Shown: positions 56,339 to 64,000 of the stretch, piece after piece
Layout of the letters: each line of letters opens with the position of its first letter
Position numbering within the stretch: the first letter of the stretch is position 1
Source of the DNA: Deferribacterales bacterium
GTDB lineage: Bacteria > Chrysiogenota > Deferribacteres > Deferribacterales > Geovibrionaceae
DNA: 64,000 bases
Direction: 5' to 3'
Assembly: GCA_050251945.1 (NCBI GenBank)
Contig: JBFWLW010000008.1
Location: 58,538-122,537 of the forward strand
Position numbers and translations under genes: made by a program
Notes under the pieces: model-generated
The model's database searches: none
Seen by the model: only the letters and a program-made list of their open reading frames with translations
What the model was told of the DNA's origin: nothing

Positions 56339-56765
56339 AGGATTCCTTCACGGATTCGGTCATTTTATGCATAAAATCGACACAGGCGGGCTGTATTCCG
56401 CAGATAACTATCTCCGCGCCGGTTTCTTCTCGAATGAGTTTGGTTATCAGCGGCAAAGGCACCTTATGTGTGCTGACACCACGCATGGACAGCGTATCTT
56501 CATAAACCATCTGAACAGTTCCCGCCGGAAGCCTCATATCCGCCGCATCAAAAAACACAGCCTTAACGGGTTTGACCTCCAGCGCTTTGTCATAAGCAGT
56601 CTCGGTCTTTTCTCCGGCGTCAAAAATGACAATATTGTCATGCGGCTCTATCATGGTTATGACAAGCGAGCCAGCAAAATCATCTCCGCGCAGGGAGCTT
56701 CCAAGCCCGACATACATGGTGATCCCGTTTTCGGCAGGCAGTATTTCTCTGACAGTATCAGACAA
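56301..56765 (-). CDS. Hydrogenase maturation protease (HycI-like)
   Basis: GLGS.LRGDD.AG, DAAD, STH..PL, GIQP; likely TTG start at 56765 after GGAGG. Confidence 0.85.
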   Translation of the reverse strand: MSDTVREILPAENGITMYVGLGSSLRGDDFAGSLVITMIEPHDNIVIFDAGEKTETAYDKALEVKPVKAVFFDAADMRLPAGTVQMVYEDTLSMRGVSTHKVPLPLITKLIREETGAEIVICGIQPACVDFMHKMTESVKESCEALAKIINNSR

Positions 56766-58074
56766 AATCCACCTCCAGCACGTGTGTGGAACAGGAGATG
56801 CAGGGGTCATATGCCCTGACCATCATCTCAAACAGAAGTGTGGCTTCATCCTGCGGCTTGTCGCAAACCATGGAGGCAAGCTGTCTCATATCAAGCTCTA
56901 TATTGCTCAGATTCTGCCCCGTAGGAATAACGCAGTCGGCGGAAAGTATAGTTCCTTTGTCGTCCACTTCATAGCTGTGGTAAAGCAGTCCCCGCGGCAC
57001 CTCTACGGCACCTACGCCTTTGCCCGCACGAACCTTTATGACCTCGTTCTCATTCAGTCCCACGATTATCGCCTCAGACTTATCGGTTCCTTTTTCAAGC
57101 AGTCTGTCGATTATCTGTATGGCATCATCGGCGAAATGGAAACATTCCACTATCTGCGCCGCCGTATTCAGATAAGCGTTTGAACAAACAGGCTTTAATT
57201 TGAGTTCGTCCGCAGCGTATTTCGCCAGCGGATGAAGCATGTCGTAATTATTATTGAACCTCGCCAGCGCGCCAACCATATAGGAATCACCTGACAGTTT
57301 GCAGTGTTTCGCAGTGGAGTGCGGCACAAGATATTCATTCGTAAGGGTTTTATACTCGGACTTATCTTTCAGAATACCTTTGCTGGATTTCACTTTTCCG
57401 TTCAGAAGGGCGTATTCCGTATCGCTTGAGAGTGAAACGTACTCAGTCTCGCGCTCAAATTCAGGAAACACAAAGGTTTTCGCCAGTTCCAGCGTCGGCA
57501 GCAGATCCTGCTTTATCGCCGAAAAATGTTTTTTCATTTCAAGCAGGTCGGCTTCCGAAGGTATCTTTGTGAACCCGCCTACAGTGGACGAAATGGGGTG
57601 AACGTGCCGTCCCACAAGCACAGCACAGGCATCGTTACAGCATTTTTTCATTCTGAGCGCGCGGCGTACCGCGTCTCCGTGTGTCGCAGTGAGTGCAAGG
57701 GCGCTCTTTTTGCCGAGCATATCGGGAGCCGCCAGCATATATATGTGAAGTATGTGACTGTCAAGATTTTCAAGGTGAAGCAGTATCTTGCGAAGCATCA
57801 CAGTCTGTTCTGACGGTGTGAAACCGATGGCATCCTCCGCCGCCTGAATGCTTGCAAGGCTGTGACCGCACGAACAGATTCCGCAGATGCGGCATGTGAT
57901 GTGCTGCAGTTCAAATATACTTCTGCCTCGCACCATCGCCTCGAAAAAGCGCGGAGCCTCGGCTATTTTCAGTTCACACCTGTTCAGTTTTCCGTTCTTC
58001 ATGTCGACGACGATGTGTCCGTGTCCCTCAACGCGGGTGAGGAATTCAACGTTCACAGAGAGGTTCTTACTCAT
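56758..58074 (-). CDS. Group 3b [NiFe] hydrogenase large (alpha) subunit
   Basis: TRVEGHG, RFFE, L1 RICGIC, EVPRG, L2 YDPCISCSTH plus a short cleavable tail. Confidence 0.93.
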   Translation of the reverse strand: MSKNLSVNVEFLTRVEGHGHIVVDMKNGKLNRCELKIAEAPRFFEAMVRGRSIFELQHITCRICGICSCGHSLASIQAAEDAIGFTPSEQTVMLRKILLHLENLDSHILHIYMLAAPDMLGKKSALALTATHGDAVRRALRMKKCCNDACAVLVGRHVHPISSTVGGFTKIPSEADLLEMKKHFSAIKQDLLPTLELAKTFVFPEFERETEYVSLSSDTEYALLNGKVKSSKGILKDKSEYKTLTNEYLVPHSTAKHCKLSGDSYMVGALARFNNNYDMLHPLAKYAADELKLKPVCSNAYLNTAAQIVECFHFADDAIQIIDRLLEKGTDKSEAIIVGLNENEVIKVRAGKGVGAVEVPRGLLYHSYEVDDKGTILSADCVIPTGQNLSNIELDMRQLASMVCDKPQDEATLLFEMMVRAYDPCISCSTHVLEVDFV

Positions 58075-58813
58075 CTTTACCTCCCGTCGCCGCATTGTAC
58101 ATGTCGATTGATTTCAGTATCACGTCGGGATCGAGGTCGTATTTCTTCATAACGTCCCTTGCTCCGTGTATGTTCGGGTTGCTGAGCAGTCCGCGGCATC
58201 CGTAGCATCTGTTTCCGTTGTTCAGACACCAGCTGTTGCATCCCGCCCTTGTTATGGGACCCATGCAGTTTATACCCTTTTCGTACATACACTCGTTCTC
58301 GTTGAAACGGCATTCAACGCACACCGCATGGTCGGGTATAATATATTCAAGTCCTGCCAGAGCGCTTTTCAGCACTTTTAAAAACTCCGGCGGATATATC
58401 GGACAGCCCGGCACAATGTAGTCGACCTCAATTATATCCCCCACAGCTCTGGTCGGCTTGCTGGGGTAATCTTTGAATCTGTCGCCGTAAACTATCATCC
58501 CGTTTTCGTCCATAGGTCTTTTGTTCTTTATGCCGTTGATGCCGCCGTTAACGGCGCAGGCACCGTATGCCATGACCATTTTTGAACGTCGGCGTATCTC
58601 TTTAACCTTATCTTCGGCTTCATCGTTTGTGACGCTTCCCTCAATAATGGCGAGGTCGTATTCGCCCTCCCATTTTTCGCTCATAAGTTCCCGAAACTCC
58701 ACAACCTCTATGTGACCAAGCAGGTCAAGAAGCTCTTCGCCGAGATTCGCCACCTGCAGCTGGCAGCCTTCACAGCAGGCCAGGTCGAAAAATGCCACCT
58801 TAGGCTTGCTCAT
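58067..58813 (-). CDS. Group 3b hydrogenase small (delta) subunit
   Basis: CCEGCQ, IEGS, GACA..GG, PGCP, C.GP.T.AGC, CYGCRG. Confidence 0.92.
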   Translation of the reverse strand: MSKPKVAFFDLACCEGCQLQVANLGEELLDLLGHIEVVEFRELMSEKWEGEYDLAIIEGSVTNDEAEDKVKEIRRRSKMVMAYGACAVNGGINGIKNKRPMDENGMIVYGDRFKDYPSKPTRAVGDIIEVDYIVPGCPIYPPEFLKVLKSALAGLEYIIPDHAVCVECRFNENECMYEKGINCMGPITRAGCNSWCLNNGNRCYGCRGLLSNPNIHGARDVMKKYDLDPDVILKSIDMYNAATGGKDE

Positions 58814-59643
58814 ATAGCCCCCTCAAGGTCTTTAACCTTGTCATAGGGGAACACGGGACCGTCCATACAGCAGTAATACTGGTGTATCTGGCAGTGTCCG
58901 CATCTGCCCATTCCGCATTTCATATGTCTTTCCAGAGAAACATATATTCTGTTCTCCGGCATGCCTTTTTTCAGAAGCTCCTGTATGACGTAAATATACA
59001 TCTCAGGCGGACCGCACACCACCGCAAAGGTGTTGTCAGGATTGAAATTCACCCCGGGAATAAGGGTTGTGATAAGCCCCACGTTGCCTTTCCATTCCGG
59101 GTCGGACTTATCCACCGTACAGCAGAAGTTCACGTCCATACGCTCCGCCCAGACTGCGACCTCTGTGCCGAAAAGCATCTTGTCGGGGGTTTTGCAGCCA
59201 AGCAGTATGTCCACCTTTCCGAAGTCGCGGCGCTCGTCCAGAACATAATTTATAAGCGAACGCAGGGGAGCTATGCCGAGTCCGCCCGCAATGAATATCA
59301 TATCCCTGCCTTTCAGCAGATTAACAGGAAACCCCACTCCGAAGGGTCCGCGGATGCCAATTTCGTCGCCGGCCTTCAGGTTGTGCAGAACGGAAGTCAT
59401 GCGACCCGCTTTGCGGATACAAAGCTCGAACGTGTCCTGATTCGTCGGTGAAGAACAGACAGATATGGGAGCCTCGCCCGCACCGAATATAGACACCTCA
59501 ACGAACTGACCGGGGTCGTGGTCAAGGTTTTCGCCGTTCTTAAGCTTTATCTCATAAAGCTTTTCCGTGGCGGTCATAGGTGTTATCTTAATCACCTCCG
59601 CCTTGATTACCTCGTATCCGGATTTTTTCAGCGGTATTCTCAT
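58810..59643 (-). CDS. Group 3b hydrogenase gamma subunit (FAD/NAD(P), 2Fe-2S)
   Basis: PGQF, GEAPIS, RGPFG, AGGLG.APL, CGP, MKCG.G.CGHC, C.DGPVF. Confidence 0.92.
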   Translation of the reverse strand: MRIPLKKSGYEVIKAEVIKITPMTATEKLYEIKLKNGENLDHDPGQFVEVSIFGAGEAPISVCSSPTNQDTFELCIRKAGRMTSVLHNLKAGDEIGIRGPFGVGFPVNLLKGRDMIFIAGGLGIAPLRSLINYVLDERRDFGKVDILLGCKTPDKMLFGTEVAVWAERMDVNFCCTVDKSDPEWKGNVGLITTLIPGVNFNPDNTFAVVCGPPEMYIYVIQELLKKGMPENRIYVSLERHMKCGMGRCGHCQIHQYYCCMDGPVFPYDKVKDLEGAI

Positions 59644-60680
59644 ATCTCACCCCACGATCTTTTGAGGTTCGATATGGTCTCTTTCAGATTTATTGAAGCC
59701 ATGCACTGCCTGCTGCATCTTCCGCATCCTGTGCAGAAGAATTTGCCGTATCGCACGACAGGATATTTGAATTTACGGAAAAATCTGTGTCTTGTGCGCT
59801 GGGCGCGTTTCGGACGGAAATTCTCGCCGCCTGCTATGATGGCGAACGTTTCGTTCTGGCAGGAATCCCAGACGCGCACCCGCCGCCCTTTCGCAAGGTT
59901 AAGCTCCGGTTCGTCGTTAACGTCGAAACAGTAGCAGGTCGGGCATACATTCGTGCAGTTGCCGCAGGACAGGCATTTTTCAGCCGTTCTGTCCCAGACG
60001 TGGCTGTCGAATCCCCACTCAAATATTGAGGGTATCTCCGAAAGGCTCACGTCGGTCTCGTTTCTGAACAGCTTTTTCTTATCCGAGCGCAGTTTTTTCA
60101 GCGTCTTTTCGGCTGTGATGTCTGCAAGCTCGAACCCGTCGAAAAGCTGAACCATGCCCTTGCCGTTGAACGTGTTAATGCTGAAATAGTAATGATCGCC
60201 CATATCCGTCATGAATATGTCATAGCCGCCTGTGGGCGTGTGCGTCTGCATCAGCCCGCATGAAGCGAATCCGTCGCATTTTTTCAGACATTCATAGCCT
60301 ATCAGCAGTATCTTGTCGTGGCGCGCCTGATAGTGGTAGTCCTTCGGTCTGTCCATGAAAACATGGTTCAGACACTGTATACCCGCTATATCGCAGGAGT
60401 GTACGCCAATGATAACCATCGGTTCAATCTCAACAAAAGCCTGCATGTTCTGTCCTTCGGTGGTATCATATTCCAGAAGGGTTTCATGCTGCGGAAGAAA
60501 ATATTTTTTCGGCGGCAGAATTGTGGGGATATGGTCAAGACAGACCTCCGCCGGATCGGTTATGAAATCGAACGCAAAACTTTTATCGCCGCGTTTTGTC
60601 GGTGCGGCTACCTTATATGAGTTCATAAGAGCTTCAACGAAACCGTTGAAAAGCTCTTTTTTAAGCAGGACGTCTTTCAT
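59640..60680 (-). CDS. Group 3b hydrogenase beta subunit (Fe-S)
   Basis: CLSCGNCTNVCPTCYCF, WDSC, CTGCGRCSRQC. Confidence 0.92.
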   Translation of the reverse strand: MKDVLLKKELFNGFVEALMNSYKVAAPTKRGDKSFAFDFITDPAEVCLDHIPTILPPKKYFLPQHETLLEYDTTEGQNMQAFVEIEPMVIIGVHSCDIAGIQCLNHVFMDRPKDYHYQARHDKILLIGYECLKKCDGFASCGLMQTHTPTGGYDIFMTDMGDHYYFSINTFNGKGMVQLFDGFELADITAEKTLKKLRSDKKKLFRNETDVSLSEIPSIFEWGFDSHVWDRTAEKCLSCGNCTNVCPTCYCFDVNDEPELNLAKGRRVRVWDSCQNETFAIIAGGENFRPKRAQRTRHRFFRKFKYPVVRYGKFFCTGCGRCSRQCMASINLKETISNLKRSWGEI

Positions 60681-60764
60681 TAACAAGCCTCGTCATTATT
60701 TGCAGATTATACACCAGCGTGGCTTTAAATGAAACCTCATAAATGAGTTGGTTCAGAGGTGACA

Positions 60765-61538
60765 ATGAACACAGAGGAAACTGCATTCGGCACCGAGCTT
60801 GGCAGGTGCATCCAGCTGGTGATATTTCTCGGCAGCAGACTGCTGGAAAGCGGCGCGGAGAGCAATCTGATCCGCGAGCTTATGCTTCGCACAGCAAGGA
60901 TAATGGGCGCGGACGATACGGAGATTTCCCTTTCATCAAGCTCAATGGTGCTGACGATATACAAGAACGGAAAATGGACCACGCTGACGTCGCGATGCCC
61001 CGAACGCGGGGTGAATATGAACATCGTCACACAGCTTCAACAGGCTGTGGTTCATTGCGAACGGGGCGAGATATCCCGCATTGAGATGGAACAACACATC
61101 AGGAACGTCAGCCGCAAAAGATACGGCATATGGGTGACAGTTCCGGCGATAGGACTTTCATGCGCTTTTTTCAGCCTTCTGGCGGGCGGCGATATTCCTG
61201 TTTTCATCACGACGTTCATAGCCGCTTCTCTGGGCAAACTGATATTTACAGCTCTCTCCAAAGACAGGTTCAACCCGCTGATAGGCTCGTTTGCGGCGGC
61301 GCTTGTCTGCACGCTTCTGGCGGGGTTCGCAATGCTGAAACATTTCGGTGCGGAACCTGAAACGGCAATATACTCATCCGTGCTGATGCTGGTTCCGGGC
61401 TTTCCGCTGGTGAACTCGTTCTCCGACATGCTGAAAGGCTTCAAAAACATGGGCGTGGCAAGGCTTGTCTCAGCGACACTGCTGACACTGGCAACAGCTT
61501 TGGGGATACTCTCCGCCATGGGAATTCTAGGGATATGA
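60765..61538 (+). CDS. ThrE-family exporter large subunit (YjjP-like)
   Basis: G..LLESGAE, FS.L.GG, LVPGFPLVN. Confidence 0.88.
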   Translation: MNTEETAFGTELGRCIQLVIFLGSRLLESGAESNLIRELMLRTARIMGADDTEISLSSSSMVLTIYKNGKWTTLTSRCPERGVNMNIVTQLQQAVVHCERGEISRIEMEQHIRNVSRKRYGIWVTVPAIGLSCAFFSLLAGGDIPVFITTFIAASLGKLIFTALSKDRFNPLIGSFAAALVCTLLAGFAMLKHFGAEPETAIYSSVLMLVPGFPLVNSFSDMLKGFKNMGVARLVSATLLTLATALGILSAMGILGI

Positions 61539-62002
61539 TAATGGAAATATACGATATAGCAGTCAAATGCCTTTTCGCCGCCGTTCCCGCCGTCGGATTC
61601 GCGGTGGCGTTCAACGTTCCCGCGAAATATCTGAAATTCTGCGCGGTTGGCGGTGCTTTCGGATACCTTATCAGGGAACTGCTGATGGGTTACGGAGTGC
61701 AGATACCGCTTTCAACATTTCTGGCATCAGTAATGGTAAGTTTTTACGCCGTTATTTGGGCGCAAAAGAGCATGGCTCATCCGCGGGTTATAAGCGTTGC
61801 GTCTATAATACCAATGATACCCGGCGTTTACGCCTATAAAACCATGATAGCTGTGGTGGAGCTTGCCGACAGAGGCTATGACATGAACATGATGCAGTCC
61901 GCAGTCGAAAACGGATTAAAAACGTTTTTCATACTGGGCGCAATTGCCTTCGGGCTGGCTATTCCGGGGCTTATAATTTACAGGGGCAAACCTGTGGTAT
62001 AA
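61535..62002 (+). CDS. ThrE-family exporter small subunit (YjjB-like)
   Basis: PAVGFA..FNVP, IPMIPG..AY. Confidence 0.88.
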   Translation: MIMEIYDIAVKCLFAAVPAVGFAVAFNVPAKYLKFCAVGGAFGYLIRELLMGYGVQIPLSTFLASVMVSFYAVIWAQKSMAHPRVISVASIIPMIPGVYAYKTMIAVVELADRGYDMNMMQSAVENGLKTFFILGAIAFGLAIPGLIIYRGKPVV

Positions 62003-62066
62003 CAAATACCGGAGCCTGAGCGTATCCCTATTCAAGTCCCCTCTTCCGCCCAGACTCACAGTATCC

Positions 62067-62091
62067 AAAAAATCCCCGCTTACGCAGGAGG
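62067..62091 (-). terminator. Intrinsic terminator after metY
   Basis: CTCCTGC-GTAA-GCGGGG followed by ATTTTTT on the minus strand. Confidence 0.7.
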
Positions 62092-62093
62092 TG

Positions 62094-63377
62094 TTACGCG
62101 TTTAGAGCCTGTTCAAGATCGGCGATGATATCACTCACATCCTCAAGCCCGATGGAAAGACGGATGAAATCGTCCGTTACACCCGCAGAAAGCCTTTGCT
62201 CAGGCGAAAGCTGCTGGTGGGTTGTGCTTGCAGGGTGAATGATAAGCGAACGCGAATCGCCTATATTCGCAAGGTTTGAGAACAGCTTAACGTTGTTGAT
62301 AACCTTCTCGCCCGCCGCGAATCCGCCCTTAACTCCGAAACCTATGATGGCTCCGTAACCTTTGGGCAGGTATTTTTTCGCCCTTTCGTGATCTTTGTGG
62401 CTTTCAAGCCCGGGATAGTTCACCCATGCAACTTTCGGGTGGTTCTCAAGATAAACGGCTACTTTCTGTGCATTTTCGCAATGTTTCGCGATGCGCAGCG
62501 TCAGCGTTTCAAGTCCCAGAATTATCTGATGGGAATTGAAAGGGCTGATGCATGAACCCATGTCGCGAAGAAGCTGCACGCGGGCTTTGATGGCATATGC
62601 AATGCCTTTCACAACTGCGCCGTCGTGACTGCCGAATGCTCCCCAGTAGCTGAGTCCGTGGTAGCTGGGATCCGGTTCCGTGAGTTCGGGGAACTTGCCG
62701 TTCGCCCAGTTAAAATCGCCCTTTTCAACTATCGCGCCTCCGATTGACGTTCCGTTTCCGCTGATGAATTTTGTCAGCGAGAACACGGCGATGTCCGCAC
62801 CATGGGCAAAAACGTCATAGATGTGCGGAGCGACAGTGTTGTCAACGATAAGGGGGATATTTATGCCGTGAGCCAGTTCTGATATTTTGTCTATGTCGTC
62901 AACGTTGTTTTTCGGGTTGCCGATGGATTCGATGTAAAACGCTCTGGTGTTTTCGTCCGCCGCTTTGATGAAATTTTCGGGATCGGATGAATCTACAAAA
63001 CGAACCTCGATGCCGAGGCGTTTCAGAGTATATTTGAACAGATTATATGTTCCGCCATAAAGATTTGTGGTACTTACAATGTTTTGTCCGGCTTCCGCGA
63101 TGTTCAGAATTGAATAGGTTATCGCCGCCTGACCGGAAGAGAGTGCCAGCGCAGCCGTTCCGCCTGTCAGCGCCGCGAGACGTGCCTCAAGAACAGCCGT
63201 TGTGGGGTTTGTTATACGGGTATATATGTTTCCGAACTCTTTAAGCCCGAACAGGTTAGCCGCATGCTCATTTGATTTGAAAACGTAGCTGGTGGTCTGG
63301 AAAAGGGGTACGGCTCTTGAACCGTCCTCCCCGGGTGTGTATCCGAAATGAAGAAGCTGTGTGTCTGTGTGGCTCAT
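62094..63377 (-). CDS. metY: O-acetylhomoserine/O-acetylserine sulfhydrylase
   Basis: QTTSY, GNIYTRI.NPT, SGQAA, SLTKF (PLP Lys), [15 protein letters not shown]. Confidence 0.93.
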   Translation of the reverse strand: MSHTDTQLLHFGYTPGEDGSRAVPLFQTTSYVFKSNEHAANLFGLKEFGNIYTRITNPTTAVLEARLAALTGGTAALALSSGQAAITYSILNIAEAGQNIVSTTNLYGGTYNLFKYTLKRLGIEVRFVDSSDPENFIKAADENTRAFYIESIGNPKNNVDDIDKISELAHGINIPLIVDNTVAPHIYDVFAHGADIAVFSLTKFISGNGTSIGGAIVEKGDFNWANGKFPELTEPDPSYHGLSYWGAFGSHDGAVVKGIAYAIKARVQLLRDMGSCISPFNSHQIILGLETLTLRIAKHCENAQKVAVYLENHPKVAWVNYPGLESHKDHERAKKYLPKGYGAIIGFGVKGGFAAGEKVINNVKLFSNLANIGDSRSLIIHPASTTHQQLSPEQRLSAGVTDDFIRLSIGLEDVSDIIADLEQALNA

Positions 63378-63429
63378 AGTGATCTCCTATTTATATCACA
63401 GATTTTATGATATTTTTAATAAAAAATTT

Positions 63430-63852
63430 TTAAATGATGTAGTTTAAAACCTTCGCATCATTTCTGCAGGACTCTGCAAGCTCAAGTAAAGTTGTGTTGT
63501 TGAGGTAATTAAATATAACTGCACGGAGACCGTGCATATATTCCTTGAGCATACATTCTCCGGTGGTCACTTTGTCGCAGTCCACCATGACAAGTTCGCC
63601 GTCTATGGCTTTAAAAATGTCGTAAACCCTTATCTCCGAAGGTACGGTTTTAAGTGAAAATCCGCCGTCGGCACCGCGTTTCGACTCGACTATCTCCGCG
63701 CTTTTAAGATCGCCCAGAATAAGCTCCAGAAAACGAACGGGGATACCGTGGGTTTCGGCTATCTTTGCCGCCCTCACAGGTCCTTTTCCGTAGCTTCCTG
63801 AAAGTTCAACCGCCGCGATAAGTGCGTAGTAGCATTTTGCTGTAATTTTCAT
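63430..63852 (-). CDS. Rrf2-family regulator (CymR/IscR-like)
   Basis: IA....IP.RFLE.IL..L, VESKRG..GG; C-terminal NYII; upstream of metY. Confidence 0.88.
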   Translation of the reverse strand: MKITAKCYYALIAAVELSGSYGKGPVRAAKIAETHGIPVRFLELILGDLKSAEIVESKRGADGGFSLKTVPSEIRVYDIFKAIDGELVMVDCDKVTTGECMLKEYMHGLRAVIFNYLNNTTLLELAESCRNDAKVLNYII

Positions 63853-63935
63853 TCATCACCTTTATCATGATAATAGAGCATATCACGAAATAATTAACGT
63901 ATATTATAATTTGTCCGATATGCTATGAATGAAAC

Positions 63936-64000
63936 ATGCAAACAAAGATACCCGACAACGAGCCTTATCAGCATATGAACAAGGCAGTAGAACACAGGCA
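63936..64000 (+). CDS. Possible start of a CDS running off the window end
   Basis: ATG with an open frame (MQTKIPDNEPYQHM...) to the window edge; no clear RBS. Confidence 0.25.
   Translation, partial: MQTKIPDNEPYQHMNKAVEHR

Noticed and set aside
56758..58813. Possible [NiFeSe] hydrogenase
   Set aside because: L2 motif is DPCISC with Cys codons; no in-frame UGA in any subunit.
63877..63900. TAGAGCA resembling the MITE terminus
   Set aside because: Only 7 nt match, with no partner end or internal similarity visible in the window.

Overview
Gene-dense chromosomal window from an anaerobic, diderm bacterium. The gene content suggests Deferribacterota (Denitrovibrio/Seleniivibrio-like), but that is inference only. 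Recognisable modules: a System I* cytochrome c maturation operon (ccmE[CxxxY]-F-A-B-C plus an unlisted 42-aa ccmD, with divergent ccdA); an MSHA/type IV pilus cluster split by proS and an M23 peptidase; kdsA-hemW-tetraheme cytochrome c-hemerythrin; MacAB-TolC-like efflux; EtfB/ferredoxin-EtfA/membrane Fe-S oxidoreductase; an arsP-thioredoxin-arsC module; a large Cache-CheW protein behind a sigma54-like promoter; a circularly permuted ATP-grasp/alpha-E/Zn-peptidase operon; a group 3b [NiFe] hydrogenase; two type II TA pairs; and metY with an Rrf2 regulator. No rRNA, tRNA, CRISPR array or transposase was seen. There are two top leads. (1) A translationally coupled three-gene exported caspase locus (10086-13767): a lipoprotein-PDZ-caspase, a paralogous lipoprotein with similar N- and C-terminal domains but no PDZ or protease, and an exported DUF4384-like partner. 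(2) An unlisted 58-codon membrane microprotein (30389-30565, minus strand) with an in-frame UGA followed by a SECIS-like hairpin, a candidate selenoprotein. Several CGTC-type REP and MITE-like repeats occupy intergenic gaps. All family assignments come from motif recognition by eye, not database searches.
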